This document shows, piece after piece, positions 1-11,900 of a DNA stretch of 64,000 nucleotides (position 1 is the first letter of the stretch; the number at the start of each line of letters is the position of its first letter). The position numbers and the translations under genes were made by a program. The stretch comes from Sminthopsis crassicaudata (Eukaryota), in the NCBI RefSeq assembly GCF_048593235.1, contig NC_133621.1, forward strand, positions 187,757,238 to 187,821,237, in the 5' to 3' direction. A model generated the notes under the pieces. The model was not told where the DNA came from and did no database searches. It saw only the letters and a list, made by a program, of their open reading frames with translations.

Positions 1-882
1 TGGCTTGATCAATAATTACAAACCTTATCCAGAATCCCTATGATTGATTCTTTTCAACTCCCAGGAGTCTCCCTACTTTATCAGTCAGCTCGGAGAAGAC
101 ATGGGGTAAAGAGGTGGTGAGGGTGGAGCTTGTTTCCCTAATGTGTGTTAAATGCATGTGAGGGTCTGTGGGAGACTATATGTCTGTTTGTGTGACTGTC
201 AGAAGATTGGGGTTGGGGCGGGAAACCATGCAGCTATAGGGGAATCAAAGGATTTGTGTACATTCTTTGTATCCATATTTGGTGGATCTGTGTGTTGTTG
301 ATAATGTATGTGTGAGCACATATTCTCTCTCCTCCCCCCACACACACACAAGCTCTCAGACACACTGCACAAGCAACCACAGAACCAATATGGATGTTCT
401 ACACTTGCCAACACAACCCGCAGTGCACACATCGTGACACATACCCACCCATAAGCCATGCCCAGAAACACATGCATACACAGTGACACCAATGACACAT
501 ATCCTCCTCACCCCCCCCTTCCCTGGATACATCCTTTCAGCCCCCACAAAAAATACCAGCTGCATGCTGCCTCAGTATGTATGTCCGGAGGGAGTGGGAG
601 GTGGGGGGGAGACATACACATCACATCATCAATGAAACTGACCCCCTCCCTCCAACTCATGGGGCCCTCCTCTTCTCTTCTCTCTGGCTTCTCCCTTTGC
701 TTTCCCCTCTCTAAGTCAGAGCCTTCAGGTCTCCTATCCTATCTATCCTTCCCTCTAAGAGCCCTCCCTTCCCTCCCCTCCTCCCCCCAAATTAAAAATT
801 CCCTCAGTCACCCTTACTGAGACTGACAGGCAACAGCTAAAGTAAGGAGGGGGGGATCCAGAGAGACGGGCAGAGAAAGAGA

Positions 883-1043
883 NNNNNNNNNNNNNNNNNN
901 NNNNNNNNNNNNNNNNNNNNNNNNNNNNNNNNNNNNNNNNNNNNNNNNNNNNNNNNNNNNNNNNNNNNNNNNNNNNNNNNNNNNNNNNNNNNNNNNNNNN
1001 NNNNNNNNNNNNNNNNNNNNNNNNNNNNNNNNNNNNNNNNNNN
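883..1043. other. Assembly gap (161 N)
   Basis: Run of N flanked by GA-rich sequence; probably lies within the GPR162 non-coding first exon or promoter. Confidence 0.99.
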
Positions 1044-3134
1044 GAGCTGCAACGGGAGAGATGCTCTAGTCTCCATGGCAGTGCTTGAAGCAGGCAGAGG
1101 TAAGAAGCCGACCCCTCTTCCCTAGACTACCCACTCCCACTGCTTTCTCCCCACACTGTTTCCTTTCCCCTTTCCCATCCTTGAGTTCCCCTCCTCCCCG
1201 GGCCACCTGCTGTTCCTGGCATGGGGGGGTGGGGGTGGTTGCGGATTCCTGACCTCTCTAAAGAACATAAGAACATAGGGGACTCCCTAGTTTCTCATCC
1301 TCGCCCTGACCTTCTATCTCTTTTCCCCCCCTCCCCACTCTGTCTTTCACCTTCTCTCTGTCCTTCATCCTCGATTTCTCTTTCTTCCTTAGAGCTTTTC
1401 TTTCTTCAAGGGTGCCCCTTCCCCCATAGCAGAGCCAAGGGAGGGAAAATGAGAAAGGGTCTAAAGTAGGGGGTAAGGCAATGGAGGGGGGACTCCTGTC
1501 CAACTCTGGTTGCCCCACCCCCCCAGCTAGCCATCACCATAGCAACTCAGATTACTGGGCTCCATATGGAAAACAAAAAGGGGGGTGATATGACCTCATG
1601 GAAGGGTGCAGAAAAGGGGCTAAGGGCTCTTCTCTAAAAAATGTCCTCCACCGTTGGGTTTTCCTGCTTTTGTACTTTTCCCTTTCACCTCTCCCAATTT
1701 CGTTATACCCTTCTGATGCCTCCCTCAGACCCTCTCCCCTTCTTATTGTGATCCTCTGGTTTGTTTCAGCTGCCTCCCTAAGGCAGTAAAGCATCAATAT
1801 CCCCATTGCTTCTGCAGCCCCCCACCCCCACCCCAAGCAGAGGGAGGAGAGAGACAAGGTCACCCAGTGGGGCCCCAGATTTTATGTCTTCAGATCCTTC
1901 CCATCACTCTCTTCCCTTAGCTAGAGAATCCTTTAGTTTTTCTCAGTCTCTGGATCTCCTATCTACTTTTCCCTTTCTTTCTTCTTTCCTTTCCCTAAAC
2001 TCTCCCTTTTCTTCTTCCACTTCCACCCACCCATTCTCTAGTCTCTTTCTGGATGATTCTGTTCTGAGGTCAAATAGTTTCCCCTCCTTCAGGTCCTTTT
2101 GCCTTCTGCTTCAATTCTATTCTCCTCTTCCCGTACTTCCTCAAAAAAAGGGAAAAGTTAAGTGTTGAGAAGATAGGAAAGGGGTGATAAGTCACCAACC
2201 TTAGGGGAATGAAGGGTTTGGGAAGGGAGAGAGGATACATACCCTTCCTCACTGCCACTCCTTCCTCCTCCCACATTGTCACCTACTGTGAACCTCCAGT
2301 GGGGCTATGTACTGTTCCCCTATCAGTGAATCTGGAAGGAAATTAGTAGAGTGGAGTGGGGGTGGATGGGCTAACTAGATTGTGGCAAAGGGTTTGAGGA
2401 CAGGAATAGGAAAAGTGGGTGAACTGGAGTTCTTGAGAGAAGTTAAAAGAAAAAGGGGAAATGGAAAGTGATAGAGTAGGACTGAAATACCATTTTCCCT
2501 AGCAGCTTATAGGAGCACCACTGATCCCAGAGTTGCATTGTAGGACCAGGGAGATTGATTAAATGACATCTGCAGGTTACAATCTTTTGTGATTTCAAAT
2601 GAAGGAAAGAAAGGAAGCTCAGGAAACCAGCTGAGAAAAAGGAAATTGGAGCACTGGCTTATCTGCAGCTCTCTTTACCACAGCAAGGTTCTGTCTGCTG
2701 AAGACCCTCACACCCATGGAGAGACCCCAAGGAGACACAGCCCACTGAGTCTGTTGGAAGATGAGTCAATAGGAAGGCAGGTGGGAATGGAAATCAGAGG
2801 ATCCCACCCAGCATCCTAGCAAGGGTGCTTTTTCTCCGCTCAAGGGAGAGAAAAGAGAAGCCATAGAGAGGCAGAGGGTTGTTTCCTTTGACCCTTAGCC
2901 TTGGATTCCTCCTTCTCCTTTCTACTGCAGCAAATGACATCTTAGGGGAGCCATGAAGGACAAGGCAGTGGGGTAGGCCACAGGGACTTTTTTGCCTCAT
3001 TCTAGGGGGGGGGGAATTGGGAACGGGGATAATAAGGGTCATGGGGGGCAGTCTCAGTGGGGCTCCTGGGTGAATCCATTCCCCCCACCCCCCAGAATTT
3101 CAGGGGGTGTGGGGGGCAGAGGAAGAAGAGGAGG

Positions 3135-5171
3135 ATGGCTCGGGGTGGGACAGGGATGGAGGAGGCCTCCCTCCGCTCCAATGCCCTGTCATGGCTGGCC
3201 TGTGGAATGCTGGCCCTCCTGGCCAATGCGTGGATCATTCTCAGCATCTCAGCCAAGCAGCAGAAACACAAACCCCTGGAACTATTGCTCTGCTTCCTGG
3301 CTGGCACCCACATCCTCATGGCAGCAGTGCCCCTCACCACCTTTGCCGTGGTGCAACTCCGACGCCAGGCCTCTTCTGACTACGACTGGAATGAGAGCAT
3401 CTGCAAAGTTTTTGTTTCTACCTACTACACACTGGCCCTAGCCACTTGCTTCACCGTGGCCTCACTCTCCTATCACCGGATGTGGATGGTTCGCTGGCCC
3501 GTCAACTACCCGGCTCAGCAACGCCAAGAAGCAGGCGTTGCACGCTGTCATGGGCATCTGGATGGTCAGCTTCATCCTATCCACGCTGCCTTCCATCGGC
3601 TGGCACAACAACGGCGAGCGATATTATGCCCGGGGATGCCAGTTCATCGTCTCCAAGATCGGGCTGGGTTTTGGCGTGTGCTTTAGCCTCTTGCTGCTTG
3701 GAGGCATCGTCATGGGGCTGGTGTGTGTAGCCATCACCTTCTACCAGACATTATGGGCCCGACCCCGTCGGGCAAGACGGGCCCGGAAATTGGGGGGGTA
3801 GAGAGGGATCCAGAGGGGGAGGTACAGGGGGCCTAGGGACCCGGCCAGCCTTTGAGGTTCCAGCCATTGTAGTGGAGGATGCCCGTGGAAAGCGTCGGTC
3901 TTCGCTGGATGGCTCTGAATCAGCCAAGACGTCCCTGCAGGTCACCAACCTGGTCAGCGCCATCGTCTTTCTCTACGACTCACTCACTGGGGTGCCCATC
4001 CTGGTGAGATCAGGATTCCACACTCTATCTCCCTCTCCCTGCCATCCAACCTCCAACTTCCTTGTCTAGCCTGTAGTTCCCTCCATCTAGAATAGAAACT
4101 TCTCCACCCTTGATCCCCTTCCATAGAGATCACTTCTACCACCACCCCAATCTATAACATCCCACTCCCTCCTATCCCCCCCTCCAAATCTCCATTGTTC
4201 CTCTATATTATGGCTCTGCTTTCCCTCTGAGAGCCCCATCTCTCCATCCCAGTCTTCTTGACTTTCCTCTAGGTAATTTCCCTGTGCTCCTCTCTTATCT
4301 TTTTTTTCCTTTCTCCCAGATATAGAACCTCATCCTCTAACTGTCCCTTAAATCCTACTGTCAGAGGCAGGAGACTGGGCTGGAGAGACCATGGCTCTGA
4401 CCCTGTGCGGTCTTTCTGATGAGCCTCCTGCCCTCCTTCCCCAGGCAGTGAGCTTCTTCTCACTGAAGTCCGACTCTGCGCCCCCATGGATGGTGCTGGC
4501 TGTGCTATGGTGCTCCATGGTACAGACTCTGCTCCTGCCCTCCTTCATCTGGTCCTGTGAGCGTTATCGAGCTGATGTGCGCACCGTGTGGGAGCAGTGT
4601 GTGGCTATCATGTCCGAGGAGGATGGCGAGGATGGTCAGAAGATGTCTACCCTCCCCACTGTGATCACTGTCCCTTCCCTGCACAGAGAACACTCCCACA
4701 GACGCCTAAACTCTGATTTTACTAAATATACAGCTCCTTTGCTGCCGAATATCTGTAAAGGGCCCTGCCCCTGCCTTATTTTCCCTCTCTGTGCCTTAGT
4801 TTTCTCATCTATATAATGAGGGGGATGGTCCCTTTTGGAAGCTCTGACTTTCCTTGTGCACAAGGTTATGGTCCATACACTGCACTGTAGCTCCCTCTGT
4901 TGGACACATCTCCATCACCGAGTTAATGGTCCTTTCAACCTTCCCCACCACCAATCACTCTCCCGGCAGATAAGTCTCCCAGGCTTGATTTCTAAGCATT
5001 TATTCTCCCCCACTCCCAACTCCCTGTTTCTTCTGTCCCTAATATTCTCCCTCCTCTCCCTATACAAGATACCGCATTTAGAGAGCCTCTATTCTTCTCT
5101 ACCTTTTCCTTGCTACCATTTAAACCTCTTTTCTCCTCTGTGATCTATTTACAGCTTACCTTGGTTAGATG

Positions 5172-5217
<46 letters not shown>

Positions 5218-6219
5218 CTCCTTTTTCAACCAAAGGGATGGGGTCAAGAAGGAAAGGGACAAATCATAAGAGGAGGTGTGGGGGAAGCAAAGCCATGGGC
5301 ATCTTGGGAACAATAACAATTGTATACATTGAGTGATCTCAAGATGAAATCACCTACTTTATCTTCTTTTTCTTCCCAAGATGGAACCTGCAATGACTAT
5401 ACTGATGGCCGGGTCTGCAAAATTCGTTTTGATGCTAATGGAGCTGCTGGGCCAGGGAGCCAAGACCCCACCCAAGTGAAAATGCTGAGTGGGAGACACA
5501 TGCTATTTCCTCCTCATGAAAGAGTCCACTATTTGCAGGTATGGAGCTGAGAAAGGACAGCGTATTCGAATCTCCTCACATCCGTAAGGGTATTTTCAGA
5601 CTTGGTTCTAAGTACCTAAGTTCAAGATATGTCAGCTTGGGTTGAAAAGATAGCTCTTTCCCTGTACTCTTCATCAGTATACCTATCATGAAGGACAAGG
5701 AAGGCCAGGAACTTGGAAAGGGAGAATATTGGGCTCTGTCTCCATTTGCCAACTCCTCTCCCCAGTGATCCAATGGGTTTCTCTATGACCAGGTCAGAGG
5801 TAGGAGGTGAGGTGTATTCTCCTCCTACCTGTAGAAGCCCTAAAAGGTACAAGGACAAATCAGAGGGGCATTAGGGGATTTTTCTATGTAGGTTCTACCA
5901 TGACCAAATCACTTCTTTGGGCATTAGCTTCTTCATTTGTAAAAAGAAAATGTTGTCCTGGATATTCTTTAAGGTCCTTTCAATTCTTTTTTAAATTCAT
6001 GAAACTAAGAAATCAATATAGAAAACACTCAACTGGGATGGAGAAAAAGAAGGTCTTATTCTAAACTAATATATGGTTTGCATGCATGTTTGTTGTGTAT
6101 TGTGCAATTGCATATATATTCAACGGAAAGGCTAACCAGAGGAGAAATCCCCTGAAATTAATTTTGGAGTTAGTTCTACCAAAAGAAATGCAGGCAGAGA
6201 AAAACTTTTGAAATGGAGA

Positions 6220-6267
<48 letters not shown>

Positions 6268-6882
6268 CTCCCCATCTTCAGGTACATCCTTCTCTATTCC
6301 AGGAGTTTTTCCAAATATCATTCAATGCAGTTCCTCAAGATCTCACCTTTTCCCCTCTCCTAGGTTCCACTGTCCAGACGACTATCCCATGATGAGACCA
6401 ACATCTTCTCTACTCCTCGTTCACCTGGCTCCTTCCTGCACAAATGGTCATCTTCAGATGACATCCGGATAATCCCATCCTCAAACAGGGAATTGGGGAC
6501 ACTTCGGGGCATGGAAGATGATGAAGAGGAGTCTGAAGCTTTGACCAATTTACATCAATTCTTGGAAAGCAGGATGCTAGGAGGAGGTGGAGGGCCTCCA
6601 AGGGGCCCTGGCTTCTTCCGAGATGAGATCACCACCTTCATTGATGAGACACCCCTGCCTTCTCCAGCTGCTTCCCCAGGTCCTTCTCCCCGTCGGCCCC
6701 GGGCCCCAGGTCTCTTACCCCGTCGTCTTTCCCTAGGGTCCCCTGATACTGGGGTGACTGGAGTGTCTATGGGGTTATATACAGGGAGACGGTGCTCCCT
6801 CACTGGAATTGAGGGGGACCCACAGGCTTGGGGGGGAACTTGGGGCCCTAACACACCTATATTTGCCCCGCTGAGCCTGTGA
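3135..6882 (+). CDS. GPR162: G protein-coupled receptor 162 (orphan class A GPCR); frameshifted as assembled
   Basis: Coding exons 3135-4003, 4445-4634, 5381-5538, 6364-6882, all GT-AG. Protein [24 protein letters not shown]...[30 protein letters not shown]...[31 protein letters not shown]...[18 protein letters not shown] matches GPR162. One extra base at about 3510 (TACCCGG) and one in the G7 run at 3792-3798 break the frame. Removing both gives 1734 nt, 577 aa. Confidence 0.93.
5174..5214. repeat. (CA)n microsatellite, GPR162 intron
   Basis: Perfect AC dinucleotide run. Confidence 0.97.
6223..6264. repeat. (CA)n microsatellite, GPR162 last intron
   Basis: Perfect CA run. Confidence 0.97.
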
Positions 6883-7300
6883 GCCCCTGATGAATCCAAC
6901 AGACTTACAAGGAGGAAAGCCTGGGATAGATACCTCCCTTGACATGATTCAGTCTACAACTGGCCACAAACTTGAACCCAGGACAGCTGTCTACAGCAGA
7001 CTTAGAAGGGAATGGGGGAATTGGATTTGGGGCATCATAGCTCTGACTACTATGTCTATTAGACTGGATCCTGCTCCTTACTTCCCATCATCCCCAGCCC
7101 AACATATTAAAAAATCTGAAGTGTTACTGTGAAAATAGCTGTAGCCACTGTGTCTTGGTGGGTATGGGCGGTGGCGGCAGAGGTGGTGGTGATGGTAATG
7201 GTCAAAGGAATAACTCACATTTATATAGAGTTCTAAGGTTTTTAAAAGCCTTAACTCCCTAACATAGGAAGAAAGGATTATGGAGATCCAGATAGACAAA

Positions 7301-7301
<1 letters not shown>

Positions 7302-7334
<33 letters not shown>
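7302..7334. repeat. (CA)n microsatellite downstream of GPR162
   Basis: Perfect AC run. Confidence 0.97.
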
Positions 7335-7336
<2 letters not shown>

Positions 7337-7410
7337 ACACAGAGTCACAAACACAGTCTCACATGCATATATTCCGGGCCCCACCCATCAATCACTCTAT
7401 TGTATATAGA

Positions 7411-7570
7411 TGCAATTCCCAGAGTTGTTTGCTCATAATCACCCTGAGACAGGTGGTAAAAGTGTTTTCCATGTTTTATAGATGAGAAACCTAAGGATCT
7501 TAGAAAGAGTTCAAGGTCATACAGCTATTAAGTGCTGGCACTTAAATTCAAGGATTCTGACTCCAAGTTC
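7411..7570 (-). mobile_element. MIR-like CORE-SINE fragment
   Basis: Degenerate 'ttttatagatgagaaacctaagg...aaggtcatacagcta...aaattcaagg' is the antisense MIR core. Confidence 0.6.
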
Positions 7571-8339
7571 CCAGAGGAGTCAAGATCACAAATAAAAGAA
7601 ATTTATGTATATAGAGTGGTTTGTTAAAAGTGATGTGGGGAACTCATTTGTATGCACAGGGAAAAAAGGCCTTCATGCTATTTCTGCTTCCTTCCAGCTT
7701 CATTTTGGACATTATTTCTCTAGTAAAAGATGCTCTTACTTGATTTAATACCATGGGATAGCCCATTCCGCTGATTACTATTACTAATATTAGTAGTATT
7801 ATTACTAGTAGTCAGTGCAAAAACTCTTATTTCTCGTCTTAAAGGGCTGCATTACAGCTGTCCTGAGCCAAGCAGCCACCCCCAGAACATCCCCTTGCTT
7901 GCTCGGATGGGGACAGTCTCCCATCAATCCATTATCCAATTCTTAACTCTCACTCTATGGTGCATCTCTCTCACCCAGAACCTGAAGGATCTGGGAGTTA
8001 CTCCTCCCTCCCTCCTCCAAAAGGACGAATCTCCCTCCTTCTCTCCCCTGACCCAAGTTCCCTAATTTTTTTTTTTTTTTACATGTTTTCCATATCCAAT
8101 TCTTCCCTCTCTCCAATTCTTTTCTCTCTCCCTCTGGTTCTCTCTTCATTCTCTCTTAATCATCCCAGTGGAAAGAACTGCTCTGTCCCATTCTATCTCT
8201 CCTTTCTTTTCTCTATCGTCTTGCTTTCTCCCTCTTTCTTTCTCCTTCCCCATCCCCCTCGCTTCCTCTCTAGCTCTCTCTCCTTCCTCTCCCCTCCCTC
8301 TTACATTCCTGCCTTTCCTCTGTCTCCTTCTCCTGCCGA

Positions 8340-8960
8340 ACCTCCACATCATGCTGTCGCTCCTCCTTCTCCTACTGCTCCTTCCACCTCGGGGCTGCGC
8401 GGAGCCCCCAGGCCTGCCGCAGCTGCCCGGGCTAACGCCTCTCCAGTCCCCAGATTTGCTGTACGCGGACGGGCTGCGCGCCTATGCCGCAGGGGCCTGG
8501 GAGCGGGCGGTCGCGCTCCTTCGGGAGGCGCTGAGAAGCAGGGCCGAAGTGGGCCGCGCGAGGCGGGACTGCGGGGCACGGTGCGCGGCGGAGCCGGGGA
8601 CCGAGCTGCCCCCAGTCCCCCCGAACGACCCCGGCTCGGACTTCAGCCCAGGGCCCTGGGAAAGGCTGCTGCTCCGCGCCGCGCTGCGCCGAGCCGAATG
8701 CGTGAGCCAGTGCGCGGCCCGAAGGCTGGGACCCAGGGGCGCCGCGGGGCACCGAACGGTGCGTGCGCTCCAGGATGCCTTCCGCCGCCGGGAGCCCTAC
8801 AACTACTTGCAGAGGGCCTACTACCAGGTGCGGGCAAGGGCTGAGGTGGGGGAACGGCTCTCATTCTTTGGAGTGCAGGTTCTCCTGGAGCCAGCAGGGT
8901 TGGAGGTTCGAATACGACTCTGCTCCTCTCCGTGCCTTACCTGTGTAGCCTGAGACAAAT
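8340..8960. promoter_or_regulatory. CpG island over P3H3 exon 1, preceded by a roughly 350-bp pyrimidine tract (TATA-less promoter)
   Basis: Dense CpG and GC content at 8340-8960; CT-rich tract at about 7990-8340. Confidence 0.8.
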
Positions 8961-11900
8961 CAGTGCATCTCACTGGGCCTCAGTTTCCTCATGCGTTAAG
9001 TGCTAGCTGTGCTAGATTTTAAGGTTTCTTCCTGCACGAAATTCTACGATCCTCTGAAAACAAAAGCCAGAGGGCGTAATATTAGAGAGACTATGCAAGG
9101 GGAGGCGAACCATTTGAGGATTCTCTAATGCATTCCCCATTCTAATACATCCCTCCTCAAATTACAGAAGAGGGTTGCGGGCCCAGAAAGATTATGACGT
9201 TAGTTTGCCCAAAGCCACCCCGGTTATAAGGGGTAGAACTCGAATCTGAGAGCCCTTTCCACTGCACTACATCAAAACTAATGTAGGAATGATTATCGAC
9301 TTTGTAAAAATTAGATCCAGAAAAATAGGGTTAGAAGATTTTTGGGGAAGAAAGGAAGGGAATGAGATGTTAGGGCCCGAAAGAGGTTCCAGAGAAGGAC
9401 CGAGGCGAATCTGGGGTTAGGGATGGAAGTTGGGAGAACGAGGATGTTAGGACAAGACAGGATGAGGGGAAGAAGGCTGAGTGACCGGATTCCTGAGGCT
9501 GGTGAAGGAGGAGAGGGTGGAGATGGAAAATACGGTTTCCTGCTCTTTCTGCTTATGTGGCCTGGATTCCTATTCTGCCTAGCACCACAGGCCGTCTGAT
9601 CCACCTTTTAAACTCACTTCGGGGTCCTAAAATCCTACATGTTCAATTGGGACTAGTTTCCAATCCCCTCCCCCAGTTTACCCCTTTCACTAATGCAGGG
9701 AATTGTGGGGGGGGGGGAGGGTGTTTTCTCATTTTTCCTTGTTTTGCCCATCCCACTCAACCTAATACCTGATGGTAATGTTGCCCCATTTCAGCCTGAT
9801 CTGATGCCTTAATATTTCTTTTTCTTTTTCTTTTTCTTTTTTTTTTTTAAGGCAATTGGTGTTAAGTGACTCTCCCAGAGTCACACAGCCAGGAAGTGTT
9901 AAGTGTCTGAGACCAGATTTGGTCCTCCTGACTTCAGGGCTGGTGCTCTATCTACCGCATCATCTAGCTGCACCCCCTAATATTTCTTTACCCCAAAGCC
10001 CCCAAGCTTAGCTCTGGATTAGAAATCAAGAAACCTAAGTTTGGGTCAGTTGTTCTTTTGTGACCTAAATCACTTTCCCCCCTTTTGGACATTTCTTTTC
10101 TCATAAGTAATAGTTGATAACATGGGTATATTAATTTAACTCTCACTACAATGTTATGGGGGGAGTCACAAGATATTTTTATCCTCATTTTATAGTTGAG
10201 GAAACTGAAGTTCATTTAAGCTGAATGGCTCAACCAATGGTCTCAGCTAGGTAAAAGCTCTTGGTGGGATCTGAACCCAGATTTCTTCTGACTCCAAATC
10301 AAGGCTTAAAATGAAGGGTTGGACTAGAAAAGGATGACCTCTAAGATCATCTGAAAGCTGAAAGAGCTTTAGAGCTTGTCAATAGATAGTTACACAGGAC
10401 CATCCTCATTGATGTGGAATGTTTTCCATAGAAAAACTTATTTGAAATGGGGGGGGAGAGAGAGAGAGGACAGTAATCCTCAGCAAGGGGGAGAAGACTG
10501 ATAAATGTATAGAGGCAGGATTCTGCACCTTGATTTTGAGTAGGTTCTAGGAGAATAACCAACAGGTAGTTTAGGAGCCTGCTCCAGAGTCTGGATGTGT
10601 GGGATGCGAAGGGGAGGCAAACTGTCTTGATTATGAGGTGATATCCAGTGGGGAGGGATCTAAGACATTGCTCCAGGGTGGAATGACTATTTAGAAAGAG
10701 CAGGAACTTCCCCTCTCACAGCTCCATTTCCATTCTCCCAATGGCCAACTCAAAGCTGAAGAAACTGGACCTGGCAGTGGCAGCAGCTCACACCTTCTAT
10801 GTGGCAAATCCAAAGCACCTCCAGATCCGGGAAGACATGGTGAAGTATCATCGAATGTCTGGGGTGCGTCGTCAGAGCTTCCGGGACCTTGAGAATCCCC
10901 TTCACTGGGTGAGTTACCTTCTCCAACCAAACCCACTCTCTGCTTCTGTTATCTACTCCTCATCTTGCCAGAGTTGTAATAGAAAGACTCCTCTGATGGC
11001 CTGGGAGAAGGTGGGATCTGGTTTCCAGCCTCAGTTCTGATACAAAGCAACAATGACCTTGCTTGAGTGAATCATTTTACCATCTGAAGAGTTTGGATTA
11101 GGGTCCCTTTGAATTTTAACTTTGATGAAATTTAACATTGATTCTGAGACCATCTTTCATCTCCTTTCTCCCAAGTGAGTTATAAAGTAGCATTTGCTGG
11201 AGGAGAACCAGGTCTCCAAATGAAACTTATTTCAGACTGCTAAGATACTCTTTCCACTGTTTCTGGCTCTTGTATCTATTCTATGCTATGTATTTCCGCA
11301 AGACCTACAAAAAAAAAATAACAATTGCTTAATATTCACATAGTGCTTGTAGCAACTTTGTGAAATAGCGTTTGCTAATAACATTATTACCATGTTTCAA
11401 ATGAGCAAAATAAAGCTATGGAAAGTTAATAATTTTTTCATGGTTATACTGCTAGACAAAATGGGTTTTGTAGTTAATAGTACTAATAACAAACATTTAA
11501 ATAGCAGTTATTATGTGCTAATCACTGTATTGAGGTCTTTACAAAGATTATCTCATTTTATCTTCACAATCACCCTGGGAGGGAGGTACTATTATTATCC
11601 CCAATTTACACTTGAGGAAACTGAGGCAAAAAGAGATTAAATCATTTGTCCAGATTTACACACTGAGTAAGTGTTTGAGGTTCTGAACTTCACTCCCAGC
11701 GCTCTACTCTTTGAATCACCTAATTGTCACTATCTGAGCCCTCTATAGGTGGTACTTAGGACCACACCTTGAATCCCTGCTCCCTTTCCTTAGGTGGCAT
11801 ATGATGAGGGTGTGGAACTGCTGAAGAAACAGGAGGTAGCAGCAGCACTGCCTCTCCTGGAAGAGGCCCTCAGGGAGAGCTTGGCCCAGATGGAGAACTG

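Noticed and set aside
65-105. Exon-like 41-nt segment (CCAG|...|GTAAAG) considered as a CD4 terminal exon, since CD4 precedes GPR162 in human
   Set aside because: No frame gives the CD4 cytoplasmic CxC/Lck-binding motif or any other recognisable peptide.
199-820. ORFs 199-498, 356-565 and 458-820
   Set aside because: They arise from degenerate CA- and CT-rich low-complexity sequence; no homology and no splice context.
7957-8948. Long overlapping ORFs (295 aa and others) around P3H3 exon 1
   Set aside because: Alternative-frame and antisense ORFs expected from a GC-rich, stop-poor CpG island; only the 8351 ATG frame matches a protein.
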